Of a stretch of DNA of 58,313 nucleotides, positions 37,884-47,130 are shown in pieces. Numbering within the stretch: position 1 is the first letter of the stretch; each line of letters starts with the position of its first letter. This DNA comes from a virus (Duplodnaviria; Caudoviricetes): IMG/VR virus record IMGVR_UViG_3300037264_003745, positions 1 to 58,313 of that record; one strand, written 5' to 3'. Under the pieces are notes generated by a model, which saw nothing but the letters and a program-made list of their open reading frames with translations, searched no databases and was not told the DNA's origin. A program made the position numbers and the translations under genes.

Positions 37884-38144
37884 ATGACGTTCGACCAGAA
37901 ACTACAGCTCGCATACGTAAACACCGCGAAGGTCGTGGCGGCGCTCAACCCCGGCAGTGCGCAGTACGCGCAGAAGGTCCGCATCGCGCTACAGCTCGCG
38001 CAGGGCGGGCAGGCGGTCGAGTGGTTCGTCCGTACCGACATGCTCCTCGGCCAGGGATACGATGACACGACATCGCAGGCAGCGATCGAGTCGCACCTCA
38101 TCACGCTGCTGCAAATCCTCATCACGCTGGGATTCGGAGCGTAG
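37884..38144 (+). CDS. Hypothetical protein
   Basis: AAGGGGG RBS; MTFDQKLQLAY... Confidence 0.7.
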   Translation: MTFDQKLQLAYVNTAKVVAALNPGSAQYAQKVRIALQLAQGGQAVEWFVRTDMLLGQGYDDTTSQAAIESHLITLLQILITLGFGA

Positions 38145-38148
38145 CGCG

Positions 38149-38304
38149 ATGGACACACCGGCCACTCCAGCGCAGCCTCAGCCTCAGATCCAGCTCAGCA
38201 TCGGGGAGGTCCAGCTCTTGCTCGGCGAGCGCGACCTCACGATCTACATGCTGAATCGGGAGATCCAGCAACTGAAGCAGAAGCTCTTCACCGAGGGGAA
38301 GTAG
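38149..38304 (+). CDS. Small coiled-coil protein (possible fibre chaperone)
   Basis: GGAG RBS; LLGERDL..YML.REIQQLK. Confidence 0.6.
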   Translation: MDTPATPAQPQPQIQLSIGEVQLLLGERDLTIYMLNREIQQLKQKLFTEGK

Positions 38305-38315
38305 CGGCCCGCGTC

Positions 38316-38385
38316 TAGCAGGGGGAGGGGCTAACCCGGTTGGGAAAACCGTGCGCCCCCCCGCTCCCCAGCGTTTCCCCTGCTA
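38316..38385. terminator. Structured inverted repeat between convergent late and replication modules
   Basis: TAGCAGGGG/CCCCTGCTA outer stem enclosing CGGTT/AACCG and G5/C5 stems. Confidence 0.5.
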
Positions 38386-38619
38386 CTGGATTCTAGCCGA
38401 GGTCAAGGGCGCTCGACAAGTCGGGCTGCGGAACGTCCTCCAGGCCGAGTGCGGATCCCGACCCACCACCACGATGCGCTCGAATGGACGGAACGATCTG
38501 GCGAGCGGAGCGCAGATCAGATCGAGGCAGCGTGAGCAGTGGATTCCGTCCCCAGCCACGACATGAACGACCTCTTCCAGATGATCCTCAGCAGACATCG
38601 CTACTTCTCCCGTCTCCAC
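38383..38619 (-). CDS. Small Cys/His hypothetical protein
   Basis: HCSRC motif; end of the leftward operon. Confidence 0.55.
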   Translation of the reverse strand: METGEVAMSAEDHLEEVVHVVAGDGIHCSRCLDLICAPLARSFRPFERIVVVGRDPHSAWRTFRSPTCRAPLTSARIQ

Positions 38620-38816
38620 TTCCCGAAGTCGGTGATCAGACTCTCCAGCCGATCCTCCAGCTCAGCCAGCCTGTGATTCGGCCAGCACACGGAGCAGAAG
38701 CATGACTTCACTCGGTCCTCGACGCGCGCTGCGCTGGTCCGGGCTACGTACACGGCCGTGTTGCAACGCATCCCGCAGCCGACGCAGTCGAACGTCTTCG
38801 AGAATGGAATCGGCAT
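38601..38816 (-). CDS. Small Zn-finger protein
   Basis: CVGC...CSVC. Confidence 0.6.
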   Translation of the reverse strand: MPIPFSKTFDCVGCGMRCNTAVYVARTSAARVEDRVKSCFCSVCWPNHRLAELEDRLESLITDFGKWRREK

Positions 38817-38822
38817 CGTCCG

Positions 38823-39218
38823 TTACTCCTCGCCGCCCTTCCTGTTCTCCCCCGGCTCCGTCACCTTCAGGCTCGTCCACGGCGTCGAGCTCGTCGCCTT
38901 CTCGATCAGCTCCTCGCTCACACCGAGCTCGTACAACTTCCGCCCGCTGATCCGCTTGCTCACGCCCTCGAGCAGCGTCGTTCGCAGCTCGTTCACCATC
39001 ACGCTCCTGACCCCGACCTTGATGAGGATCTTCGAGCCCTCCGCGGCGAGCACCTTCTTCCGCGCTTCGAGGAGCACGATCTGTATCCGAACGTCGTTGA
39101 ACTCCTCGACGAGCTCCGCGATCTTCGTCCGCTTCAGGCCGACGATCGTCGTGTAGTCCGGGACGTCGGTCGCGGTCGGTGCGGGCGTGTTCGTCTTCGT
39201 CTCTTTCGCCATCTTCAA
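38823..39218 (-). CDS. Hypothetical protein
   Basis: GGAGG RBS, strong codon bias, own promoter. Confidence 0.75.
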   Translation of the reverse strand: MKMAKETKTNTPAPTATDVPDYTTIVGLKRTKIAELVEEFNDVRIQIVLLEARKKVLAAEGSKILIKVGVRSVMVNELRTTLLEGVSKRISGRKLYELGVSEELIEKATSSTPWTSLKVTEPGENRKGGEE

Positions 39219-39230
39219 CCTCCGAGGAGC

Positions 39231-39259
39231 ACGGTAGCAGAGTGTTGCCTACTTGTCAA
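39231..39259 (-). promoter_or_regulatory. Sigma70-like promoter
   Basis: TTGACA-17 nt-TACCGT with an extended TG. Confidence 0.6.
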
Positions 39260-39264
39260 CGGCG

Positions 39265-41904
39265 TCATGCGCTCCACCCCGCCATCTTCCCCCAGCTCCT
39301 CCCGGCCTTGCTGTTCGCCGTGATCGGCACACTCACCATCCGCTGATCCGCCCGCATCATGTGCTCGACCACCTCCGCGACCTCCGCCATCCTCTCCTCC
39401 TTCACCTCCAGCAGCAACTCGTCGTGGATCTGCAACCACGGCTGGACGGCATCGCGCAGCCCTTCTTCTTCGATCCATTCCCCGCACCTTATCTCCGCCC
39501 GCTTCACCAGCCCATGCGCCCCGCCCTGAATCGGCATGTTGCCGGCGAGCCTTTGCGCCGCCTCCCGCATCGGGCCGTCGAGCACACGGAGATTCGGCAC
39601 GTAGCACATCCTCCCCCACATATCCCGCACGAACCCGTCCTTCTCCGCCTGCTCCCACAGCTTCTTGAGGTAGCGACGGACTGACGGGTACGCCGCGAAC
39701 CACTCGGCGATGAACCTCTCGCAGTCACGTAACGTGAAGTCGAAGATCCCCGCTTTGTAGAGCTGTTCGAGAAGAGCTTGCGGCGAGATGCCGTACATCA
39801 CCGCGAAGTTGATCGTCTTCGCGACGTACCTTTTCGCCGGATACTTCGCCACTTCCTCCAGTGCGATCCGAAAGATCAGCGTCGTCGTGAGCGCGTGCAG
39901 ATCCGCTCCGGCCTCGAACGCCCGCACCATCTTCGGATCCCGCGAGTGATGTGCCATCACCCGCAGCTCGATCTGGCTCGCATCACACGAGAGGATGAGG
40001 TGGCCGTCTCTCGCTACGAAGCATGACCGGATTCGCTTCCCGAGCTCCGTGCGAGTTGGGAACGCCAGCACGTTCGGCTCGTGGCTCGAGTTCCGCCCGC
40101 TGATCACACGCGTCACACGGAAGTTCGGATGCAGTCTCCAATCCCCACTCGCGTCCTGTCTCATGTATCGCAGCACGGGCAGCACGAACGTCCCATGGTA
40201 CTTGTCCGCCTCCCGGTAGTCCTGCTCAGCCTCGATGAACGCCCGGACATCCGGGTCGCCCTTCGAGTGATACCCCCGCAGCATCATCAGCGACTCGTCG
40301 CTCGTGCTCCCGCGGCCCGTGTCCGTATACCGCAGCACCGGCAGCCCCTTCGCCTTGTACAGCCACCCCGACACCTGATCGCTGCTCCCCGGATTGAACC
40401 AGCGATCCCCGACGATGCGCCGGACGTCGGCTGCCCGCTCCTCCCGCAGCTCGCTGAGCTCGGCCTCGAGCGCCCGCAGCTTCTCGAGGTCGATCCGCAG
40501 CCCGACCTCCTGCATGCGGTCGACGAAGCGGAGAGCCTTCCGATCCATCTCGTAGACGCGACTGAGACCTTTCTCCTCGACCATCCGCTTGAGACTTGGC
40601 TCGATGAGCGCCGTCGCCACGGCATCCAGCCCGCTATACGCCACGGCCTTCTTCCGCGGCACGCTGAAGATCGCGAAGTCAGGAAACTCCCTGCCGACAT
40701 TCGCCGTTGCCTTCGCCTGGAACTCCCGCGTGAAGTCGATCCACTGCGTCTCGCCGATCTCAGCCCAGCGCTTCTCGAGCTTCGTCTCGTCAGGCTTCGT
40801 CTCGTACGACTTCAGCAGATTCCCGATCCTCCGCCCCAACCCCTGCGGCTTGTACTCTCGCCACTTCCGCTTCGCCAGATCCGCGACCGCGATCGGCTCA
40901 GGCTTGTCGTACTCGAACTCCGCCGCCTTCCGTAGCCACGCGACCGCCTCCCGATTGAACCACGGCCGCACGATGTCCTCGAAGCTCGCCATCTTCATGC
41001 CGCAGTGGCGGAAGGCGAGAGCCTTCAAGGCTTGCGGCTCGAGCCGCAGGTTGAACGCCATCACCATCGTGTCGTCGACGTCGATCTCGCTCGTGTCGAT
41101 GCCCATCGCACGGAGGACGGGGAGATCGTGGAGGGCGTTGTGGAAGACGATGCGGCCGCGGAGTCGAGGCGGCTTCCATCCGGGCCGATACAGCACCACC
41201 TCCGCCACTCGCCCGTCCTTCGACCAGCTAAACCCCCAGGGCCGCGGGACGAGTCCCTCGGTATCGACGAACCCCCCGACGTACTCCGGGCGCGGAGTCC
41301 GCTTCCACACGACCTTGTACTTCGGTCGCCGCCGCGCCTTCACCGGGTTGCGGAGGAGATATGCGAACCGCAGCAGATCGTCTTGCGCGAAGCTCGCGAG
41401 CTCCGGGTTGTAGAAGCCAGCCGCCGGGTGGTAGCACGGAACGATGACCGTGCGCGGAGCGCGCGCCGACACGCACGGCGTCCCATGCACCATCTCCATG
41501 TCGACGTCGCCGAGGAACCAGCGGGTCGGGATCCGCCCGAGCGTCGCGATCACCCGCGGCTTCACTCTCGCGATGTCAGCTCGAAGGATGTGCTCGGAGC
41601 CGGCGATCTGAGCCGGTGTCGGGTCCGGATTTCCGGACCCCGTCCAGAACGGATAAAGGTTGGTGACGAAGATGTCGGGGCGAGCGAGACCGGAGGCGCG
41701 GCAGTAAGCCGTAAAGACCGATCCCGCCTTGCCTACGAACGGCCGATGGGAGATGTGCTCGTTGTAGCCGCCGGCCTCACCGACCGCCATCCCGTCGCAG
41801 GGGATCGGACCGGCACCGTGGATGCGGTCCGGATCGTCTTCAGGCTGTGGTTCGTTCGATAGCTCGCTCGACCTCGTCCGCATCCGCCACCCTCCCCGTC
41901 TCAT
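39265..41904 (-). CDS. polA: Family A DNA polymerase with N-terminal uracil-DNA glycosylase (family 4-like) and 3'-5' exonuclease domains
   Basis: VGEAGG, PFVGKAG, ATLG and YHPAA (UDG); VDTE, FHNALHDL, YSGLDA (exonuclease); DASQIELR, AKTINFAVMYG, QIHDEL (Pol A motifs A, B, C). Confidence 0.93.
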   Translation of the reverse strand: MRRGGWRMRTRSSELSNEPQPEDDPDRIHGAGPIPCDGMAVGEAGGYNEHISHRPFVGKAGSVFTAYCRASGLARPDIFVTNLYPFWTGSGNPDPTPAQIAGSEHILRADIARVKPRVIATLGRIPTRWFLGDVDMEMVHGTPCVSARAPRTVIVPCYHPAAGFYNPELASFAQDDLLRFAYLLRNPVKARRRPKYKVVWKRTPRPEYVGGFVDTEGLVPRPWGFSWSKDGRVAEVVLYRPGWKPPRLRGRIVFHNALHDLPVLRAMGIDTSEIDVDDTMVMAFNLRLEPQALKALAFRHCGMKMASFEDIVRPWFNREAVAWLRKAAEFEYDKPEPIAVADLAKRKWREYKPQGLGRRIGNLLKSYETKPDETKLEKRWAEIGETQWIDFTREFQAKATANVGREFPDFAIFSVPRKKAVAYSGLDAVATALIEPSLKRMVEEKGLSRVYEMDRKALRFVDRMQEVGLRIDLEKLRALEAELSELREERAADVRRIVGDRWFNPGSSDQVSGWLYKAKGLPVLRYTDTGRGSTSDESLMMLRGYHSKGDPDVRAFIEAEQDYREADKYHGTFVLPVLRYMRQDASGDWRLHPNFRVTRVISGRNSSHEPNVLAFPTRTELGKRIRSCFVARDGHLILSCDASQIELRVMAHHSRDPKMVRAFEAGADLHALTTTLIFRIALEEVAKYPAKRYVAKTINFAVMYGISPQALLEQLYKAGIFDFTLRDCERFIAEWFAAYPSVRRYLKKLWEQAEKDGFVRDMWGRMCYVPNLRVLDGPMREAAQRLAGNMPIQGGAHGLVKRAEIRCGEWIEEEGLRDAVQPWLQIHDELLLEVKEERMAEVAEVVEHMMRADQRMVSVPITANSKAGRSWGKMAGWSA

Positions 41905-41970
41905 ACCGGAACTGCCGTGCGACGAGCGCTACTGCCGGCAACTCTCGGCAGGCTAAGAAGGCTTCGACGA

Positions 41971-42186
41971 TCAGTCGGAGACGGGCTCGATCTTGTTCGC
42001 GCGACGCGGTGACGGTCGCGGAGTCGGAGCTCGATGACACTTCAACCACCCTTTCGACGACCGCTCCTCGCACGTCAGGCAGCAGCCGCAGACTGAGCAT
42101 TGGCGGTGATCGCCGACGAGGTACGGATCGGGCAGCGGGTGAGCGCAGTACGGACAGAAGCAGAAGCGGGCGGATAGCATTCTCAT
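41971..42186 (-). CDS. Small Cys-rich Zn-finger protein
   Basis: ATGA overlap; CPYC...CSVC. Confidence 0.45.
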   Translation of the reverse strand: MRMLSARFCFCPYCAHPLPDPYLVGDHRQCSVCGCCLTCEERSSKGWLKCHRAPTPRPSPRRANKIEPVSD

Positions 42187-42368
42187 AGTCGGTTCGCCCC
42201 ACACCCTCCACCCACCCACCGCCCCCCGCCCTCGCGCATCGTGAGCTGCTCCTCGGCTTCCTTGACCAGTGCCGCGTCGCTCGTCACATTCTCAGCGATC
42301 CAGCGCAGATACCCGTCGTCCAGATCCTCGAGCTGCTCACCCTTGTGCTTGCCGAATGGCATCCTCAT
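42183..42368 (-). CDS. DUF3820-like small protein
   Basis: MPFGKHKGEQLEDLDDGYLRW. Confidence 0.8.
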   Translation of the reverse strand: MRMPFGKHKGEQLEDLDDGYLRWIAENVTSDAALVKEAEEQLTMREGGGRWVGGGCGANRL

Positions 42369-43114
42369 ATTCTCTCCCTCAGCCACCGCCACACGAACGC
42401 CGCATCCTTCTTCCCCAGCCCAGCCTTCCGCCACTCCCCCTCCGTCGCATCCGTCATCTCCGCAACCGATCGAAAGTACCGACCGACCTTGAGCGCAGTC
42501 TTCGCCCCGATCTTGTCGTACGCGAACGCGGCTTTCTGCACGCGGTTCGGCTTGTGGATCATGGCGTGGATCTTGTCGGGCATCTGCATGTTGAGCTCGA
42601 TCGCGACATGCCCGGCGTGCTGGTCGTACTTCTTGTTCCACCAGCGGAGGAGAGTTCCGAGCCACGCCGCGGTCTCGCCGTCGCTGCTCGTCCGCCACCG
42701 CCGCCCTCTCCCACCGACCGCCTCGTCGTACGTCAGCAGCCAGCCTTGCAGCGCGCTCCAGGTGAGCGGGACGCGGCTCGCCACCCACGTACCTCCGCGC
42801 CAGACCTCGATCGCGTCGTCATCGCCCGGCCGGAAGATGCCTTCGATCAGCAGCCAGATCCGATCGTACTCGTCGAGCATGCGCGGTAGCTGCGTGCCGA
42901 AGAGACGGTTCATCACGAGACTGGATCCGAGATCTCCGAGGGTCTTCCGCTCGACCCCGATCTTCCAGTCCGCTCCGGCCTTCCCGCGGCCTACACACGC
43001 GAAGTCCGCCGGCAGTCTCGGATAGAGCGAGCACTTCACGCCGCGACGGCGGAGGATGGGCTCGAGCTCCTTGCTCCCGACCGCGGTGTCGATGTAGAGG
43101 ATGCCGGCTTCCAT
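42365..43114 (-). CDS. ERCC4/XPF-type structure-specific nuclease with C-terminal HhH
   Basis: ADF...VERKTLGDL, LLIEG, KIGAKTA and GLGKKDA. Confidence 0.85.
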   Translation of the reverse strand: MEAGILYIDTAVGSKELEPILRRRGVKCSLYPRLPADFACVGRGKAGADWKIGVERKTLGDLGSSLVMNRLFGTQLPRMLDEYDRIWLLIEGIFRPGDDDAIEVWRGGTWVASRVPLTWSALQGWLLTYDEAVGGRGRRWRTSSDGETAAWLGTLLRWWNKKYDQHAGHVAIELNMQMPDKIHAMIHKPNRVQKAAFAYDKIGAKTALKVGRYFRSVAEMTDATEGEWRKAGLGKKDAAFVWRWLRERI

Positions 43115-43315
43115 CTACTTCCGCTCCTGGAGCCACCAACTAACCGACGTTGCATGCAGCTCCCACAGCTTGCCGTCGACCGCGCGCACGACACAGATCG
43201 CGGTGTCCCAGAACCCGCCACTGATCTCAACAACCGTCGAGTTCAGCAGCGCCTTCTCGTCGCGAGCTCTTCGATCCTCTTGAGTATGGGTAAACGCTAG
43301 CCATCTCACTCCCAC
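43115..43315 (-). CDS. Hypothetical protein
   Basis: Abuts the ERCC4 gene start; GAGGAG upstream. Confidence 0.5.
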   Translation of the reverse strand: MGVRWLAFTHTQEDRRARDEKALLNSTVVEISGGFWDTAICVVRAVDGKLWELHATSVSWWLQERK

Positions 43316-43338
43316 TCCTCCCGGCGCCGGCCGCGCGT

Positions 43339-43956
43339 CTACCCCTTGTCCCCAACCACGTTGTCTCTCGACGCCCAGACGACGTCAGCGTCGTCGTCCA
43401 CGCGCACGCGGCAGACCTCACCACACGTCGGACACGTCTCCGTCTCGTCCTCATGCCACCACGGCCCCGTGCGCTCGAAGATGTCCTCTCCGCAGTTCGG
43501 GCAACTCAGGTAGTGGTAGTTCATCGGCCTCGCCTCTTCCTCGCACTCGCCTTCGCTCCCCAGCCATGCCAGGAACGCCGCGAGGGACTCCTGCGAGATC
43601 ACCCGCCTACCGTCCGAGAGCTGGATGCACTCCAGCTCTAGCCCCGGGACCAAGCGGAGCACGCCTCGATGTGTGGCCCACGGCAGGCTCCCCCGGTGGG
43701 GCCGGGCGGGGAGCTGTTCCCACTGCATGCGCGGATCGGAGAAAGTCAGCGCGGGGCCAGCCACCAAGTCCCCGGCGGCAGCCTCGTCTGCGGCGTCGAG
43801 CATCGCCTGGAGATACTTGGCTGTCTCGACGTGCAGCGCCTCCTCGTGCGCGAGGTCCAGACGCGCCGCCGCCAGCTGGGCCTCGGCCACCTCTGCGCGG
43901 CGCGCGTTGAAGCACGCGCTGTCCCATGCGGCCTCGGCTTCGGTCTCGCCCTTCAT
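43339..43956 (-). CDS. Mosaic hypothetical protein; internal RBS and ATG at 43524 start a Zn-ribbon module
   Basis: Coiled-coil, middle module, then MNYHYLSCPNC...CPTC in one frame. Confidence 0.6.
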   Translation of the reverse strand: MKGETEAEAAWDSACFNARRAEVAEAQLAAARLDLAHEEALHVETAKYLQAMLDAADEAAAGDLVAGPALTFSDPRMQWEQLPARPHRGSLPWATHRGVLRLVPGLELECIQLSDGRRVISQESLAAFLAWLGSEGECEEEARPMNYHYLSCPNCGEDIFERTGPWWHEDETETCPTCGEVCRVRVDDDADVVWASRDNVVGDKG

Positions 43957-44330
43957 CGCTTCTTCTCCTTCGGCGGGTCAGGCTCCCAGATCAGGGTGCC
44001 CAAGGGTGACTTCTCGGTCAGCAGTACCAACCGGTCGCAATGTACCCGCAGCCTGTCAGGCTCCAGCATCAGGCACACGCCGTCGAACCCTAGGGTGCCG
44101 TGTCCCAGCACGACGCGGTGGACCTTGCGCGGCTTGCGCTTCGTCATCGCTTCTCCTCCTTCGGCGGGCGGGTCCAGTCTTGGCGACTCGAGATCCACCA
44201 CCTTGACCCAGCGCTTCTTCCAGTCCGTCCTCGACTCGCCGTCTTCTCGTGTCGGGATGAACCAGATCGTCCCCTTCGGCAAGGACTCGTCGGTCATGAT
44301 GGGAGGATAGAAAGCGTTGTCGTCGCTCAT
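43953..44330 (-). CDS. Two in-frame small modules (MSDDN... at 44330; MTKRK... at 44147)
   Basis: Each start has a GGAG-type RBS; a 25-nt repeat flanks the second module. Confidence 0.55.
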   Translation of the reverse strand: MSDDNAFYPPIMTDESLPKGTIWFIPTREDGESRTDWKKRWVKVVDLESPRLDPPAEGGEAMTKRKPRKVHRVVLGHGTLGFDGVCLMLEPDRLRVHCDRLVLLTEKSPLGTLIWEPDPPKEKKR

Positions 44331-45190
44331 TCCCACTCCTCCGCATCCGTCCCCGTCACCGCCGACATCACAGTCGGAAAGCTGCACGCCCGCCCCTCAA
44401 ACTTCTCACCCTCCATCGCAGTATCCAACCGGCAGTGCTTGACCTCCACGGAGAACACACCCTTCACCTTCGCCGTCCGCATCACCACCTGCATCTCGTA
44501 CGGGGCCTGATTGTAGCCGTCGCTCACGTACTGCCCGGTCGGAGCGTTCGACTTCCACTCCTCCTTGATCCGGTGCAGCCACAACACGTTCTTGTCGTAG
44601 TTGTATCCGTCGGTGATGAGCCCTTGGAAGATCGCCTTCATGTCGCCGGACTTCGAGCCGTACGGATCGTCCTTCGCGTTCGGCCTGCCCTTGTCCATGC
44701 CGTGGAACGCAAACCGCGCGAGCGCGTACGCCGCTCCGCCCGTATCCACGATCCCCGTCCGTGCATCCGACCGATAGAACTCGTCGAGGTCGCTGATGAA
44801 CCTCTCCCACACGGGATAGGCCAACGCCTTCACGCGCTCGAGGTAGGCCGAGTCGCGCCGGCTCTCCCCCCGCATCGGCACCGGCCGCGCGAAGTGGTAG
44901 CTCGGATACTTCCCGCCGGACTTGAGCTTCGGATCCCCGGCGACCGTGATCCGCTTCCCCTTCTTCACGAACTTCTCGATCACACCCTCGAGACCGCAGT
45001 CGAAGTTGAAGATGACGATCGGATCAGGTGCCGTCACCGAGAAGTGATCCTTGCCGGTCTTCGGCCCACCCTCGATACTCGCGATGACACGGTTGGTGAG
45101 GGTGGTGGAGGTTGCGGTGACGAACGAGTCCGAGCGGAGTCCGAGCTCGCGCGGTGTCGGGTTGTCTTTGTCCTTGTCCTTGTCCTTCAC
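44327..45190 (-). CDS. AAA-type ATPase, Sak4-like recombinase
   Basis: EGGPKTGKD Walker A, IFNFD, GIVDT Walker B; next to an exonuclease and an SSB-like gene. Confidence 0.75.
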   Translation of the reverse strand: MKDKDKDKDNPTPRELGLRSDSFVTATSTTLTNRVIASIEGGPKTGKDHFSVTAPDPIVIFNFDCGLEGVIEKFVKKGKRITVAGDPKLKSGGKYPSYHFARPVPMRGESRRDSAYLERVKALAYPVWERFISDLDEFYRSDARTGIVDTGGAAYALARFAFHGMDKGRPNAKDDPYGSKSGDMKAIFQGLITDGYNYDKNVLWLHRIKEEWKSNAPTGQYVSDGYNQAPYEMQVVMRTAKVKGVFSVEVKHCRLDTAMEGEKFEGRACSFPTVMSAVTGTDAEEWE

Positions 45191-45777
45191 TGCTCATTCT
45201 CCATGCGGTCTCTCGCCCGCAGTATCATCCGCCAGTTCTCTTCGATCTCTCTCGGCGTGTATCCGACCAGCCACGGATTCGCAACCGGCTCCCCGAACCT
45301 GCCGCCCGCCATCTCGTAGCTGCCGTTCGCATGCAGCACGATCAGCTCACACTCCGTCGTATCCATCGCGCGGCAGCCGGCCATGATCTGGACGTGCCAG
45401 TGCCAGAACCTCTCGCTGCTGATTCCGTTCGCCGCGCTGATCTTCGTCGACTTCGCTTCTCTCGTCCGCCACTGCTCCGTGTCGAAGCCGTCGAGCGTGA
45501 GGAAGATCCCGTCCTGCTCGACCTCGATCTGCCGCATGCCGAGCTGCCTTCCGAACACCCACGACAGCGTGTCCTCCCATATGAACCCGCCTTGTGCCAT
45601 CGCCGGCTTGATCTCCCCGTCCCCGCCGAACCTCTCCGGCTTGAGCTTCGTCATGATGTACCGCATGACCTCGGACAGATGACGGCCCGGCGAGCGATGC
45701 GTTACCCGCCGGGCCTGGAACCGAGCCAGCTCGGCTTCGATGTCGATGTCGAGACGGGAGGCTCGCATTCGATCCAC
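45187..45777 (-). CDS. PD-(D/E)xK exonuclease (Cas4/lambda exonuclease-like)
   Basis: HLSE, GFIWE, TLDG, EAKST, WHVQ. Confidence 0.75.
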   Translation of the reverse strand: MDRMRASRLDIDIEAELARFQARRVTHRSPGRHLSEVMRYIMTKLKPERFGGDGEIKPAMAQGGFIWEDTLSWVFGRQLGMRQIEVEQDGIFLTLDGFDTEQWRTREAKSTKISAANGISSERFWHWHVQIMAGCRAMDTTECELIVLHANGSYEMAGGRFGEPVANPWLVGYTPREIEENWRMILRARDRMENEQ

Positions 45778-45788
45778 TCGTCGTCCGT

Positions 45789-46058
45789 CTACAGCCGCGC
45801 CGGAGTCGGCTCCTGCCGCGCAGCCCGCGCCCGCTCACGCCTCTGCTCGATCTCCGCGGGGTTGTCCTTCACGACCGGCTTCCTGCCGCGCTTGACCGGC
45901 GCGGCAGCCTTCGCCGCGACCTTCGCCTTCCGCGTGTACTTCCGCTTCTTCCGCCCCGTCGACGCCGAACCGAACTTCGCCAGCGTCGACTCGACCAGCT
46001 TGAGCTGTCGCAGCAGAGCCTTGCGCTCCTGCTGAACCGCCTTCACGATTGCCTTCAT
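45789..46058 (-). CDS. Small very basic DNA-binding (histone-like) protein
   Basis: GGAGG RBS; N-terminal coiled coil then RKKRKYTRKAK...VKRGRKP. Confidence 0.7.
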   Translation of the reverse strand: MKAIVKAVQQERKALLRQLKLVESTLAKFGSASTGRKKRKYTRKAKVAAKAAAPVKRGRKPVVKDNPAEIEQRRERARAARQEPTPARL

Positions 46059-46093
46059 CACCAACCTCCGTGTCTTGCTTCAGAACTGATGGA

Positions 46094-46122
46094 GACTGGA
46101 GCGCCCCGGCCACGCTCCAGTC
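46094..46122. terminator. 10-bp stem-loop after the SSB-like gene
   Basis: GACTGGAGCG-9 nt-CGCTCCAGTC. Confidence 0.45.
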
Positions 46123-46154
46123 ACGAGCGCATTCCAATCCGGGAGCCCTCTCGA

Positions 46155-47051
46155 CTAGACGGGCAGCAGCACGGCGGCGTCGCCCTTGCCGCTGACCTTC
46201 CACGGCCGGTCGCCCGAGACCCAGTCCTCGTCCTCGACGAGAGCCATGCAGTCCTTCTTGTCGTCGTCGCTGCGCACCGCGTTGTAGACGATCGTCCAGA
46301 GCTTCTCGAGCGGCAGGCCCTTCTTGTACTTGCCACCCTCGAGTGCGTCGACCACGACCTGCTCGACCTTCTTCTCGGACTCGTCTCCCGATGACTTCTT
46401 GCCGCGCGCCTTCGGCTTCGGCTCCTCTTCCTCCTCGTCCTTGTCCTTGTCCGACGCCGCGCTGCGGCTGCGCTTCGCCGGCCGCTCGTCCTCGTCCTCG
46501 TCCTTCGCCTTCCCCTTCCGCGCCGCCTTCGGCAGCTCGACGATCTCCTCCGCGATGAGCGTCGGGCGCACGTTCGTCAGCCCCTCGCGCTTCACGACGA
46601 TGGCTCCCGCCACGAACTTCAGCCCGACCAGCACCGCGCTGATCCCGTCGTCGTGCAGCTCCTCCGGGACCGCCTTGCTCTTGTGAACCGACTTGTCCGA
46701 GATGGACTTCAGGAACACGTCGGCGTTGCAGCCTTCCGAAATCGCGGTCGCCGTGCTTCCCTCCGCGATGTCGAGGAACTCGCCGTCCTTCGACGGGCTG
46801 AGCCCGCGCTTCGCCTTGCCCGCCCGCAGGTAGACCGGAGGCCGGTCTTCCTCGACGCCCTCGATCTCGCCGACCAGCTTGAGGACGGGGTCTTCGGGAT
46901 CGCCCTGCGAGACGAACTTCTCGCCGGCCTCCTGAGCCTCCGCCCACGCCGCTTCGGTGATCGTGACTACGGAGCCGGGGGGGAACCCGAACGCGCCCCC
47001 ACCCTTTTCCGCATCGCTCGGTCTCGTTGACGCATGCTTGGATTTTGCCAC
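46155..47051 (-). CDS. Putative ssDNA-binding/replication protein
   Basis: AAGGAG RBS, strong codon bias, beta-rich N-terminal half, charged linker; synteny with Sak4 and exonuclease. Confidence 0.55.
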   Translation of the reverse strand: MAKSKHASTRPSDAEKGGGAFGFPPGSVVTITEAAWAEAQEAGEKFVSQGDPEDPVLKLVGEIEGVEEDRPPVYLRAGKAKRGLSPSKDGEFLDIAEGSTATAISEGCNADVFLKSISDKSVHKSKAVPEELHDDGISAVLVGLKFVAGAIVVKREGLTNVRPTLIAEEIVELPKAARKGKAKDEDEDERPAKRSRSAASDKDKDEEEEEPKPKARGKKSSGDESEKKVEQVVVDALEGGKYKKGLPLEKLWTIVYNAVRSDDDKKDCMALVEDEDWVSGDRPWKVSGKGDAAVLLPV

Positions 47052-47100
47052 TGCTGCTTCTCCTTTTCCACGTGTAATGTGACGTCTACGCTCGACCCCG

Positions 47101-47130
47101 ACTCTACCGCAGCCGGTGCCCCCTTGTCAA
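47101..47130 (-). promoter_or_regulatory. Sigma70-like promoter
   Basis: TTGACA-18 nt-TAGAGT. Confidence 0.6.

Noticed and set aside
41840-42211. Alternative 123-aa minus-strand ORF overlapping the polA start
   Set aside because: Conflicts with the ATGA-coupled 41971-42186 gene; its 3' half could be real but I cannot support it
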